Positions 22,121-31,964 of a stretch of 56,109 bases of DNA are shown piece after piece; position 1 is the first letter of the stretch; each line of letters begins with the position of its first letter. This DNA comes from Alphaproteobacteria bacterium (GTDB lineage: Bacteria; Pseudomonadota; Alphaproteobacteria; Bin95): positions 1-56,109 of the forward strand of contig JAPORR010000018.1 of the NCBI GenBank assembly GCA_026710105.1, given 5' to 3'. Both the position numbers and the translations under genes were made by a program. Under the pieces are notes generated by a model that did no database searches, was not told where the DNA came from, and was given only the letters and a program-made list of their open reading frames with translations.

Positions 22121-22939
22121 ATGAAATCGATTCTGGTGCCGACCAACGATCTGGACAACCTGGAAAGCGTGTTTGCCGTCGCCGAACGCCTGCGCGCCCG
22201 CATAGACGGCTGGCTCGAAGCCGCACATTTCCACACTGACCCATCCGCCATTATGGCAACCGACGATAGCGGTGCTGCACTGCCGGCACTCGTGGAGCGG
22301 TTCGAACGTGAGGACAGCCGACGCGCCGCCGAGGCACGGCACCTGTTCGATGCGTTCGCCGAGGCTGCTGGACTCGGCGACCGGGCCGTATGGTCTGAGA
22401 GCGAGACCGGCCTCGACAATCTCGGCAACTATGCCCGCGTTTATGATGTCGTGGTCGTCGGCCGTCCCGTCAAGGGCGCCGCCGGCCCGTCCCTCGGCAC
22501 GCTGGAGACGGCACTGTTTGACAGCGGGCAGGTGGTCCTAGTTGTGCCGCCTGGGTCTCCAACCGCACTCGGCCGTAATGTGCTGATCGCGTGGAACGGG
22601 TCTTCGGAGACGGCCCGTACCATACGCGCCGGGCTGGACTTGCTACGTCTTGCCGAAGAAGTGACGGTGCTGACCGTGACTGGCATGACGGTGCCGGGGC
22701 CGACCGGTGAGGCGGTGGCGCGCCAACTCCGCCGCGAGGGTATCGACGCCGGTTCTCTGGTTGTGGAGGCAGGATTGGGGGAAAGCGGCCACAAGACGCT
22801 GGAGATTGCGTCCGAGCGTGATGCCGACCTCTTGGTCAAAGGCGGCTACACCCGCGGCCGGCTGCGCCAAGCACTGTTCGGCGGGCCTACCAATCATATC
22901 CTTTTCAACGCCACCCTCCCGGTACTCATGGCGCATTGA
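22121..22939 (+). CDS. Universal stress protein (tandem USP domains)
   Basis: MKSILVP, VLIAWNGS.E.AR, DLLVKGGY..GRLRQ.LFGGPT..IL...LPVLMAH. Confidence 0.9.
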   Translation: MKSILVPTNDLDNLESVFAVAERLRARIDGWLEAAHFHTDPSAIMATDDSGAALPALVERFEREDSRRAAEARHLFDAFAEAAGLGDRAVWSESETGLDNLGNYARVYDVVVVGRPVKGAAGPSLGTLETALFDSGQVVLVVPPGSPTALGRNVLIAWNGSSETARTIRAGLDLLRLAEEVTVLTVTGMTVPGPTGEAVARQLRREGIDAGSLVVEAGLGESGHKTLEIASERDADLLVKGGYTRGRLRQALFGGPTNHILFNATLPVLMAH

Positions 22940-22980
22940 CAAGCCGGCACGGCCTCTGTCACCTTTCCTCTGCCGTAGAT

Positions 22981-23150
22981 CCACGCGGGAGAGTCCGGCG
23001 ATCAAAGCCGGCGCCGAAGGAGCAACCGCCCCGGAAACTCTCAGGCACCCGGACCGCGCGGGGAGGCGACTCTGGAAAGCGGGCGCATACGCCCCACCGA
23101 AGATGTAACGGCGCTGCCGGAATCTTTCAGGTCGGACGGACAGAGGGGGC
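22981..23150 (+). ncRNA. Tandem glycine riboswitch
   Basis: Aptamer 1 GGAGAG...CGCCGAAGGAGCAA...AAACTCTCAGG...GGAC; aptamer 2 CTCTGGAAAG...CACCGAAG...AATCTTTCAGG...GGACAGAG; directly upstream of gcvT; TTGACA at 22936. Confidence 0.93.
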
Positions 23151-23196
23151 AGACGGGCAAGCCGTAAGGCGGGCCCGGACGCCGGAGGGTTCGTCG

Positions 23197-24276
23197 ATGA
23201 CCGACTTGCTGAAGACCCCGCTTCACACCATGCATCTCGCTGCCGGCGCGCGCATGGCGCCGTTTGCCGGCTACGACATGCCACTGCGCTACCTGGAAGG
23301 CAGTGTCGCGGAGCACAACCACGCCCGCAGCCGGGCTGCACTGTTCGATGTCAGTCATATGGGTCAGCTGCGCTTGATGGGCCCGGATGCCGATGCGGCA
23401 CTGGAGACGCTCGTGCCAGGCGATATCCAGGGCCTCGGCGCGGGCACCATGCGCTATACGCTGCTAACGGCTGAGAGCGGCGGTATTCTAGACGACCTGA
23501 TCGTCTCACGCGTGCCGGATGGGCTCGGGGTCGTCGTCAACGCCGCCTGTAAGGAACGGGATACCGAGCATCTTCGCCGTCATCTGGGCGGCAGAGTAGA
23601 CATCATAGCGGAGCCGGACCGGGCGCTGCTCGCCCTGCAGGGGCCGGCAGCAGCGGCAGTGTTGGCGGCCTTCGCGGATCTTCCGTTCATGTCTTGGCGC
23701 GAGGGGAAGGCCTGCGGTGTGCCGGCCCGGGTGTCGCGTTCCGGCTATACAGGCGAGGACGGCTTCGAGCTCTCAGTCGCGGCGGAGGATGCAGAGACGC
23801 TCGCTCAGCGTCTGCTCACCCATGAAGCCGTCGCCTGGGCCGGGCTCGGCGCGCGCGATTCGCTTAGGCTGGAAGCAGGGCTCTGCCTCTACGGCCACGA
23901 TATCGGCGAGGATACGACGCCGCTCGAAGCTGGCCTCGGCTGGACTATGCCAAAACACCGGCGCGTAGAGCGCAATTTCCCCGGGGCGGCGCGAATTCTC
24001 GACACACCGCCTGCCCGCCGCCGAGTCGGCATAAGGCCCGAGGGCCGAGTGATCGCACGCGAAGACACGACGCTACTCGACGAGGCGAACACGCCGGTTG
24101 GCCGCGTGACCAGCGGCGGTTTCGCGCCGGTGCTCGGCGGCCCGATCAGCATGGGTTACCTGCCGGTCGCGCTCGCGGCACCCGGCACGGCACTCACCTT
24201 CGACATCCGTGGGACACTGCGGCCCGGCCGCGTCGTCCCCCTCCCCTTCGTTCCCCACAACTATTTCCGAGGCTGA
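23197..24276 (+). CDS. gcvT: Glycine cleavage system aminomethyltransferase T
   Basis: KTPLH, FAGYDMP, LFDVSHMGQ, RSGYTGEDGFE, GLGARDSLRLEAGLCLYG. Confidence 0.97.
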   Translation: MTDLLKTPLHTMHLAAGARMAPFAGYDMPLRYLEGSVAEHNHARSRAALFDVSHMGQLRLMGPDADAALETLVPGDIQGLGAGTMRYTLLTAESGGILDDLIVSRVPDGLGVVVNAACKERDTEHLRRHLGGRVDIIAEPDRALLALQGPAAAAVLAAFADLPFMSWREGKACGVPARVSRSGYTGEDGFELSVAAEDAETLAQRLLTHEAVAWAGLGARDSLRLEAGLCLYGHDIGEDTTPLEAGLGWTMPKHRRVERNFPGAARILDTPPARRRVGIRPEGRVIAREDTTLLDEANTPVGRVTSGGFAPVLGGPISMGYLPVALAAPGTALTFDIRGTLRPGRVVPLPFVPHNYFRG

Positions 24277-24284
24277 GAACTCCT

Positions 24285-24665
24285 ATGGCCGTCAAGACCT
24301 ACTACACGCGCGAACATGAATGGGTGCGGATGGAGGACGGCGTTGCCGTCTGCGGCATCACCGACTACGCGCAATCGCAATTAGGCGACGTCGTCTATAT
24401 CGAATTGCCAGAGGTGGGCGCGCAGATCGCCCGCAATCAGGAAGCTGCTGTGGTCGAGAGTACCAAGGCGGCAAGCGATGTCTATGCGCCGTTGACGGGC
24501 ACGATTGTCGCGGTCAACGACCGGCTGGAGGACTCGCCCGACCTTGTCAACGAGTCTGCCGAGGACCAAGGCTGGTTCTTCCGCATGGAGGTCGGCGACG
24601 AGGGCGAGCTCGGCGAGCTGATGGACGAAGAGGCCTACCGGGCGTTCGCAGAGGAGCTCGACTGA
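24285..24665 (+). CDS. gcvH: Glycine cleavage system protein H
   Basis: [23 protein letters not shown], lipoyl-Lys motif [11 protein letters not shown]. Confidence 0.97.
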   Translation: MAVKTYYTREHEWVRMEDGVAVCGITDYAQSQLGDVVYIELPEVGAQIARNQEAAVVESTKAASDVYAPLTGTIVAVNDRLEDSPDLVNESAEDQGWFFRMEVGDEGELGELMDEEAYRAFAEELD

Positions 24666-25981
24666 TGCGCTATCTGCCGATCACCGGCGCAGATCGCGGC
24701 GAGATGCTCCGCGCCATCGGCGCGCCGTCGGTAGAGTCGTTGTTCTCGGACGTGCCGGACGGCGCGCTGCTGACGGAACCGATGGACCTGCCGCTGCATG
24801 CGAGCGAGTTCGAGGTCGAGCAGCGGCTGTCCCGTCTCGCGGCGCAGAACCGGGCAGCGGGCGCAGGTCCCTTCTTTTGCGGAGCCGGCAGCTACCGCCA
24901 TCATGTGCCAGCGTCCGTGGACTACCTCATCCAGCGTGGCGAGTTCCTCACCTCCTACACCCCCTACCAGCCGGAAATCGCCCAAGGCACACTGCAATAT
25001 CTGTTCGAGTTTCAGACCCAGGTGTGCCTGCTGACCGGCATGGAGGTCGCCAACGCTTCAATGTATGATGGCGCGACTGCGGCGGCCGAGGCGGTGACGA
25101 TGGCGAACCGGGTCACCCGGCGCTCGAAGGCGGTCGTCTCCGGCAATCTCCACCCGCATTACCGCGACACGGCCGCGACGCAGGCGCGCTTCCAAGGGTT
25201 TCGGCTGGAGGTCGGTCCGCCCGCGCCGGTGGGTGGCGAGGATCTGGCGTCCAGGATCGACAGCGAGACCTCCTGCGTCGTCGTCCAGTATCCGGATCTG
25301 TTCGGCAATATCGAGGATGTCTCCGAGCTGGCGGAAGCAGCGCATACCAAGGGCGCCCTGCTTGTCGTCGTCGTCACCGAAGTTGTGGCGCTCGGCGCGC
25401 TCAAGCCGCCGGGAGCGATGGGGGCAGACATCGTTGCGGCAGAGGGTCAATCCATAGGCAATGCAATGAATTTCGGCGGGCCCCATCTCGGCCTGTTCGC
25501 GGCCCGCACACGGCATATGCGTCAGATGCCCGGCCGACTGTGCGGCGAGACCGTGGATGCCGAAGGTCGGCGCGGCTATGTACTGACTCTAGCCACGCGC
25601 GAGCAGCATATCCGCCGCGAGCGCGCCACCAGCAATATCTGCACCAATTCCGGCCTTTGCGCGCTCGCCTTCACCATACATTTGACGCTGCTCGGCGAGA
25701 CCGGACTGAAGCGCCTCGCCGCGCTCAACCATGCCGCCACCGTCCGGCTAGCAGACCGGCTTGGCGCACGCGTCATCACTACAGCCTTCTTCAACGAGTT
25801 CACCGTGAGGCTGGACGGTGATGCAGCCGCGGCGGTCGAGCAGTTAGCGACCGACGGCATCCTGGCGGGCGTGCCGGTCTCACGTCTTCATCCAGGCGCG
25901 GGCCTCGACGACCTACTCCTCGTCGCTGTGACTGAGACAAGTGCAAACGATATCGACGCCTTCTCAGAGGCGCTGTCATGA
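24665..25981 (+). CDS. gcvPA: Glycine dehydrogenase (decarboxylating) subunit 1
   Basis: MRYLP start, [38 protein letters not shown]. Confidence 0.95.
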   Translation: MRYLPITGADRGEMLRAIGAPSVESLFSDVPDGALLTEPMDLPLHASEFEVEQRLSRLAAQNRAAGAGPFFCGAGSYRHHVPASVDYLIQRGEFLTSYTPYQPEIAQGTLQYLFEFQTQVCLLTGMEVANASMYDGATAAAEAVTMANRVTRRSKAVVSGNLHPHYRDTAATQARFQGFRLEVGPPAPVGGEDLASRIDSETSCVVVQYPDLFGNIEDVSELAEAAHTKGALLVVVVTEVVALGALKPPGAMGADIVAAEGQSIGNAMNFGGPHLGLFAARTRHMRQMPGRLCGETVDAEGRRGYVLTLATREQHIRRERATSNICTNSGLCALAFTIHLTLLGETGLKRLAALNHAATVRLADRLGARVITTAFFNEFTVRLDGDAAAAVEQLATDGILAGVPVSRLHPGAGLDDLLLVAVTETSANDIDAFSEALS

Positions 25982-27483
25982 CCGGTAATTCACACAGCAC
26001 AGTTTCCGGCGATTACGGGCTCAGCATCGAGGAACCGCTGATCTTCGAGCAGGACAGCCCTGGCGCCGTCGGCGTGGACTGGCCGGACGCCGATGCCGGT
26101 CCCGACCGGCTGGGCGGCCTTGCGCGCTCTGGTACCATCGGGCTGCCGAGCCTGGCCGAGCCCACGGTCGTGCGCCACTATACCCGGCTCTCACAGAAAA
26201 ATTACGGTATCGACACGGGCCTCTTCCCGCTCGGCTCCTGCACCATGAAACACAATCCGCGCCTGAACGAACGCATGGCGCGGCTGCCGGGCTTCGCCGA
26301 CATCCACCCGCTGCAGCCGGAGAGCACAGTGCAGGGCGCGCTCGCACTTTGCCGCGAACTGCAGCGCTGGCTGACGGTGCTGACCGGCATGCCGGGCGTC
26401 GCGCTCACGCCCGGTGCGGGCGCGCATGGCGAACTCTGCGGCATGATGGCGATCCGCGCCGCATTGGATGCGGGCGGGCCAGCGCAGGCGGATCGGCGGC
26501 GCGTGCTGGTGCCGGACTCCGCACATGGCACCAACCCAGCGACGGCCGCCGCGCTCGGCTTCGAAGTGGTCTCGATCCCAGAGGACGCGCGCGGCCGGGT
26601 CGATCTGGGTCGTTTCGAAGCGCTTGCCGGCGAAGGCAGGGTCGCGGCAGTCATGCTGACCAACCCCAACACCTGCGGCGTGTTCGAGAACGATATCCGC
26701 CGCATCGCGGACACGGTACACACCGCTGGCGGCTACTTCTATTGCGACGGGGCAAATTTCAATGCCATTGTCGGGCGCGTCAGGCCGGGCGATCTCGGCG
26801 TGGACGCCATGCATATCAACTTGCACAAGACCTTTTCGACGCCGCATGGCGGCGGCGGGCCAGGCTCGGGCCCTGTGGTGTTCTCTGAGGCGCTGACGTC
26901 CTACGCGCCGGTGCCGCGGATCGTCGAGGAAGACGGCGTACTCCGCCTGGAGGAGACGCATGACGAGGCCTTCGGGCGCATGAAGGCCTTTCACGGCCAG
27001 ATGGGCATGTTCGTGCGCGCGATGGCCTACATGATGAGCCACGGGGCGGACGGGCTCCGCCAGGTTTCGGGCGACGCCGTGCTGAATGCAAACTACCTGT
27101 TGCGCCGGCTCGAGGATATCTATTCCGCACCCTTTGCACAGTCCGGGCCGGCGATGCACGAGGCACTGTTCGACGACCGCATGCTCCGGGACACGGGTGT
27201 CTCCACACTCGACATCGCCAAGGCGATGATCGATGAGGGTCTGCACCCGATGACGGTCTATTTCCCGCTCGTGGTCCACGGCGCGATGCTAGTCGAGCCG
27301 ACAGAGACCGAAACCCGCGCCAGCCTCGACCGCTTCATCGCCATCATGCGCGGCCTCGCCGAACGCGCGCAGGACGGCGCACCACTCGCCGAAGCTCCCT
27401 TCCACGCCCCGAGACGCCGTTTGGACGAGACGCGCGCGGCACGCAACCCAGTGCTGCGATGGCAGGCGGTGGAACAAGGTTAG
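25978..27483 (+). CDS. gcvPB: Glycine dehydrogenase (decarboxylating) subunit 2
   Basis: [24 protein letters not shown]-Lys motif [23 protein letters not shown]. Confidence 0.96.
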   Translation: MTGNSHSTVSGDYGLSIEEPLIFEQDSPGAVGVDWPDADAGPDRLGGLARSGTIGLPSLAEPTVVRHYTRLSQKNYGIDTGLFPLGSCTMKHNPRLNERMARLPGFADIHPLQPESTVQGALALCRELQRWLTVLTGMPGVALTPGAGAHGELCGMMAIRAALDAGGPAQADRRRVLVPDSAHGTNPATAAALGFEVVSIPEDARGRVDLGRFEALAGEGRVAAVMLTNPNTCGVFENDIRRIADTVHTAGGYFYCDGANFNAIVGRVRPGDLGVDAMHINLHKTFSTPHGGGGPGSGPVVFSEALTSYAPVPRIVEEDGVLRLEETHDEAFGRMKAFHGQMGMFVRAMAYMMSHGADGLRQVSGDAVLNANYLLRRLEDIYSAPFAQSGPAMHEALFDDRMLRDTGVSTLDIAKAMIDEGLHPMTVYFPLVVHGAMLVEPTETETRASLDRFIAIMRGLAERAQDGAPLAEAPFHAPRRRLDETRAARNPVLRWQAVEQG

Positions 27484-27520
27484 CAACAGGCAGCCACGGG
27501 TCCGGACAAGGGGCTAAACC

Positions 27521-29128
27521 ATGACAGATTCGGCCGACTTGATTGCGCAACGGCTGGCCGCGGCCGGCTGCCGCCACGCCTTCGGCATTCCGGGTGGCGA
27601 GGTGATCGCCATCTTAGACGCACTTGACCGGGCCGGCATCCGCGTCTTGCTCGCCCGGCACGAGAATGGCGCGGGCTTCATGGGCGAGGGCGTCCACCAT
27701 AGCGACGGGGCCCCGGCGATTCTGGTCGCCACCATCGGCCCCGGCCTCTCCAATGCCACGACTGTCATCGCCAACGCCTTTCAGGACCGCGTGCCGATGA
27801 TCGTACTGACCGGCTGTATTCCCGCCTCCGAGCAGCACAGCTACACCCACCAGATCTTTGATCATGTGAGGCTGGCGGAAACGGTCGCCAAGGCGGCGTT
27901 CCGGGTTGAGGACGGCATGGCCGGCCTCCTCGCCGACCGCGCCGTTGCACTTGCAACCGAAGGCCGGCCAGGTCCGGTGTTGCTCGATATCCCGATTGAT
28001 GTGCAGACCCGTGAACAGTCCGCGCCGCCGCCGGCCCCGGAGGCAGTGGCAGGCCCGATCGGCCCGGCAGAGGGTCCGGCGCTGGACAAGGCTCGGGCCT
28101 GGCTCGCGGCGGCCCGCCGCCCACTCGTCATCGCTGGCCTCGACGTCACAAATCAGGGTGCAGAAGGGGCCGTAGCAACCTTCTGTCACCGGTTCCGCGC
28201 GCCACTCATCACGACCTACAAAGCGAAGGGCGTGCTGCCGGAAGATGACCTGTTGGCACTCGGCGGCGCTGGGCTCAGCCCGCGCGTGGACCGCCGCCTC
28301 CTGCCGCTCGTAGCCGGATCGGATTGCCTCGTCCTTGCCGGCTACGACCCAATAGAAATGCGCATCGGCTGGCGGGACCCCTGGGCCACAGACGCACGTG
28401 TCATCGACTTGCCGGCCGTCGCCGGCGGCCACGGCATGCACCGAGCCGCGCTGCTCTTTCCGGGCGATGTCGCCGCCGGGCTGGAGGCGCTCGGCCGAGG
28501 CGTATCACCCTGCAGGACTTGGTCGGAGGGAGAGCCGGCGGCGACGCGTGCCGCGCTGCGGGCTGAAAGCGGTCTCGACGAGCATTGGGGCCCGGCGGCA
28601 GTGATTGATATGCTGCGTAAAGTGCTGCCGCGCGACGCCGTGGTGACGACGGACGCGGGCGCGCACCGGATCGTGCTGAGCCAGCTCTACGAATGCTACC
28701 ACCCGCGCGGCCTGCTGCAGTCCACCGGGCTCTGCACCATGGGTGGCGCGCTGCCGCTCGCCATCGGGCGCAAGCTAGCGGAGCCAGAGCGGGCCGTCGT
28801 GGCGACCATGGGCGACGGCGGCCTTGAAATGGTCCTTGGCGAGCTCGCCACCCTCCGCGACCTGGGCCTCGCCCTTCCCATCCTCGTCTTCGCCGACTCG
28901 CAGCTCGGCCTGATCGAGCTAAAGCAGCGCTCGTTGCAACTTCCCAATCTTGCCGTGGACTTCGGCGCCACGGACTTCCCGGCCGTCGCCAGAGCGCTGG
29001 GCGGTGTAGGTGCAAGTGTCTGCGACCGGGCGAGCCTCGCTCGTGAACTCGACGCCGCACTCGCCCGCGACCGCTTCACCGTCATTGCCGCCGAGATCGG
29101 CCGCCGAGCCTATGACGGGCGGATCTGA
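27521..29128 (+). CDS. Thiamine-pyrophosphate-binding protein (acetolactate synthase-like, substrate unknown)
   Basis: FGIPGGE, RHE catalytic Glu, GPGLSN, GRPGPVLLDIP, ThDP motif MGDGG. Confidence 0.88.
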   Translation: MTDSADLIAQRLAAAGCRHAFGIPGGEVIAILDALDRAGIRVLLARHENGAGFMGEGVHHSDGAPAILVATIGPGLSNATTVIANAFQDRVPMIVLTGCIPASEQHSYTHQIFDHVRLAETVAKAAFRVEDGMAGLLADRAVALATEGRPGPVLLDIPIDVQTREQSAPPPAPEAVAGPIGPAEGPALDKARAWLAAARRPLVIAGLDVTNQGAEGAVATFCHRFRAPLITTYKAKGVLPEDDLLALGGAGLSPRVDRRLLPLVAGSDCLVLAGYDPIEMRIGWRDPWATDARVIDLPAVAGGHGMHRAALLFPGDVAAGLEALGRGVSPCRTWSEGEPAATRAALRAESGLDEHWGPAAVIDMLRKVLPRDAVVTTDAGAHRIVLSQLYECYHPRGLLQSTGLCTMGGALPLAIGRKLAEPERAVVATMGDGGLEMVLGELATLRDLGLALPILVFADSQLGLIELKQRSLQLPNLAVDFGATDFPAVARALGGVGASVCDRASLARELDAALARDRFTVIAAEIGRRAYDGRI

Positions 29129-29247
29129 CAAGCGGCAGTATCCTGTTAAGCCCTGGCCACGCTAGGCGGTGCCTTCGCCGGGATAGTCCGGGCAGCCTGG
29201 GCGGCCTATAGTTCGGCGGCGATACATCCCGAACGAAGAGAGGGGCG

Positions 29248-29964
29248 ATGGAACTCGTCTTCCGCAATGATGCCTATGCGCGAGCCTGCGACGCCGTGGT
29301 GACGTCGGCGGAACCCGCCGGCATCGGGCTCGACCGTACTGTGTTCTACCCAACCGGTGGCGGCCAGCCGGGCGATACCGGCCGACTGGTGGATGATACA
29401 GGTGTGGCCTTCGCCGTGCTGCCAGCGGTGAAGGGCGAGACGGATGCAGTCCTGCACCCATTGTCCGAAGGCGTTGCACCGCCCCGAATCGGGGCACGGG
29501 TGCGGGCCGAAATCGACTGGGAGCGGCGCTACCGGCACATGCGCATGCATACCTGCCTTCACCTGCTCTCCGCCGTGGTGGGGGGAGGCGTGACTGGTGG
29601 CGCTGTTGGCGAGTGGAAGAGCCGACTCGATTTCGACCTGCCGGACCCAGTGCTTGACAAGGAGGTGCTGGAGACGGCGCTGAACACGCTAATCGACGCC
29701 GACCATGCTGTAACGGCGCGCTGGATCGACGAGTCCGAACTCGACACCAACCCGGAGCTGGTGCGTACCATGTCCGTGCAACCGCCGCGTGGCGCCGGAC
29801 GGGTGCGCGTGCTGGAGATCGGCCAGGCCGTAGACCTGCAGCCTTGCGGCGGCACCCATGTCGCACGCACCGGCGAGATCGGGCGGGTGCGCATCGGCAA
29901 GATCGAGAAGAAGGGGCGGCGCAACCGACGCATCAATGTCCATCTGGAGGAGGCAGGCGCATGA
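29248..29964 (+). CDS. Alanyl-tRNA editing protein (AlaX-M)
   Basis: TVFYPTGGGQPGDTG, HxxxH (MHTCLH), CGGTH Zn motif. Confidence 0.93.
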   Translation: MELVFRNDAYARACDAVVTSAEPAGIGLDRTVFYPTGGGQPGDTGRLVDDTGVAFAVLPAVKGETDAVLHPLSEGVAPPRIGARVRAEIDWERRYRHMRMHTCLHLLSAVVGGGVTGGAVGEWKSRLDFDLPDPVLDKEVLETALNTLIDADHAVTARWIDESELDTNPELVRTMSVQPPRGAGRVRVLEIGQAVDLQPCGGTHVARTGEIGRVRIGKIEKKGRRNRRINVHLEEAGA

Positions 29965-30767
29965 GCGCGCTGATAGCTACCGATGAGTTGGCAGCCCGGC
30001 TGGGAGAGATGGTGATTCTGGACGGCAGCCACCATCTGCCGACCGCTGGGCGCAATGCCGGATCGGAATTCCTCGAGGCACATATACCGGGGGCGCGCTT
30101 CTTCGACATAGACGGCGTGGCCGACCGCGCGAGCGACCTGCCACACATGTTGCCTGACGCCAAGGGCTTCGCGCTCGCCATGGGGGTGATGGGTATAAGA
30201 CGCGATGACGAGGTCGTGGTCTATGACGTGGTCGGCACGACCGGCGCGGCACGCGTCTGGTGGACCTTCCGGGCCTTCGGTCATGAGCGCGTGAAGGTAC
30301 TGGACGGCGGCCTGCCGAAATGGCGGGCCGAAGGCCGGCCGGTCGAGGGGGGCTATGCAGCCGTGGCACGGCCGGAACTGGTACGTGCGCAGGAGGACAT
30401 GTTGGCCAATATCGCGAGCTGTGCCGAGCAGGTGCTGGATGCGCGGAGCCCCGGGCGCTTCGCCGGCGTCGAGCCAGAGCCGAGGCCGGGTATGCGCAGC
30501 GGCCATATCCCCGGCAGCCTGAACCTGCCCTATACCGAACTCCTGGACCCGGAGAGCCGTACCTTCCGGGACCGGGCAACACTTCGCGCGGCCTTCGAGG
30601 CGGCGGGGCTTGACCTCGACCGACCCGTGGCCACGACCTGCGGCTCGGGCGTGACCGCCGCCGTGTTGGCGCTCGGGCTCTATGAGCTCGGACGAACCGA
30701 TACAGCCGTCTATGACGGCTCTTGGAGCGAATGGGGATCGCGAGAGGACACACCGGTAGAGCCATGA
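29961..30767 (+). CDS. sseA: 3-mercaptopyruvate sulfurtransferase (rhodanese)
   Basis: HIPGARFFD, EPEPRPG.RSGHIPGS, active loop CGSGVTA, YDGSWSEWG. Confidence 0.92.
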   Translation: MSALIATDELAARLGEMVILDGSHHLPTAGRNAGSEFLEAHIPGARFFDIDGVADRASDLPHMLPDAKGFALAMGVMGIRRDDEVVVYDVVGTTGAARVWWTFRAFGHERVKVLDGGLPKWRAEGRPVEGGYAAVARPELVRAQEDMLANIASCAEQVLDARSPGRFAGVEPEPRPGMRSGHIPGSLNLPYTELLDPESRTFRDRATLRAAFEAAGLDLDRPVATTCGSGVTAAVLALGLYELGRTDTAVYDGSWSEWGSREDTPVEP

Positions 30768-31939
30768 TCAAGGGCAAACAACCAGATACAGTGCTCACCC
30801 ATGCGGGGCGCCACCCGCATGACTTCTTTGGTACCGTCAACACGCCCGTCTTCCACGCCTCGACAATCCTGTCGCGCACGATGGCGGAGCGCCTTGCACC
30901 CAAGGGGCCACGCGATCCGGCCTATGGGCGGCGCGGCACACCCACCATGTTCACCTTCGAGGACGCGGTGGCGGAGATCGAAGGTGCTCATGGCGCGGTC
31001 ATCTGCCCTTCCGGGATGGCGGCCGTAGCGCTCGGCTATTCCTCCATGCTGTCGGCCGGCGACCATGTGCTGGTAGCCGACTGCGTCTATGCTCCAGCCC
31101 GACGCTATGCCGCTGAGGCGCTGCCACGCCACGGTATCGAGGCGACCTTCTTCGCCCCGGACATTGGCGCCGACATTGCCGCACTGATGCGCCCAGAGAC
31201 GAAGCTTGTCTATCTGGAGGCGCCCGGCTCACAGACCTTCGAGATGCAGGATGTGCCAGCGATTGCGGAGGCCGCCCATTCAGGCGGCGCGCGCGTTGCA
31301 ATCGACAACACCTGGGCGACACCGCTCTTCTTCAAGCCTTTCGAGCATGGCGCAGACCTCTCTATCCACGCCGCCACGAAATATATCGTCGGCCATTCCG
31401 ACGCGATGCTGGGAGTCGTCACCTGCCGCGATGCGGAGACATTGGAGATAGTGCGCAACTGGTGGCAGATCTCCGGCCTCTGCGCCGGCCCCGACGATGT
31501 CTATCTCGGCACACGCGGCATCCGCACGATGAGCGTGCGGCTTGCCCGGCACCAGGAGAGCGCGCTCCGGATCGCGACCTGGCTGCAGGGCCGCTCGGAA
31601 GTTGAGCGGGTGCTCTACCCGGCACTGCCTGACGATCCGGGCCATGCGATCTGGAAGCGGGATTTCACAGGTGCCTCCGGCCTATTTGGCCTGCTGCTCA
31701 AGCCGGCGAGCACAGCGGCCGTCGCAGCGATGCTGGACGGCCTCGAACTTTTCGGCATGGGATCAAGCTGGGGCGGTTTCGAGAGTCTGATAGTCCCGAG
31801 CGACCCGTCCACTTACCGCACGGCGACGGCCTGGACCCCTGCCGGCCCGCTGCTCCGCCTCCATATCGGTCTCGAAGATCCTGACGACCTGATCGCCGAC
31901 CTCGACGCCGGCCTGGCGCGACTCAAGGCTGCGGGATAG
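30764..31939 (+). CDS. metC: Cystathionine beta-lyase
   Basis: YGRRGTPT, DNTWATP, PLP-Lys HAATKYIVGHSD, SWGGFESL, LRLHIGLED. Confidence 0.92.
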   Translation: MIKGKQPDTVLTHAGRHPHDFFGTVNTPVFHASTILSRTMAERLAPKGPRDPAYGRRGTPTMFTFEDAVAEIEGAHGAVICPSGMAAVALGYSSMLSAGDHVLVADCVYAPARRYAAEALPRHGIEATFFAPDIGADIAALMRPETKLVYLEAPGSQTFEMQDVPAIAEAAHSGGARVAIDNTWATPLFFKPFEHGADLSIHAATKYIVGHSDAMLGVVTCRDAETLEIVRNWWQISGLCAGPDDVYLGTRGIRTMSVRLARHQESALRIATWLQGRSEVERVLYPALPDDPGHAIWKRDFTGASGLFGLLLKPASTAAVAAMLDGLELFGMGSSWGGFESLIVPSDPSTYRTATAWTPAGPLLRLHIGLEDPDDLIADLDAGLARLKAAG

Positions 31940-31964
31940 GCCACGATCCTAGCCTGTCGCCTCG

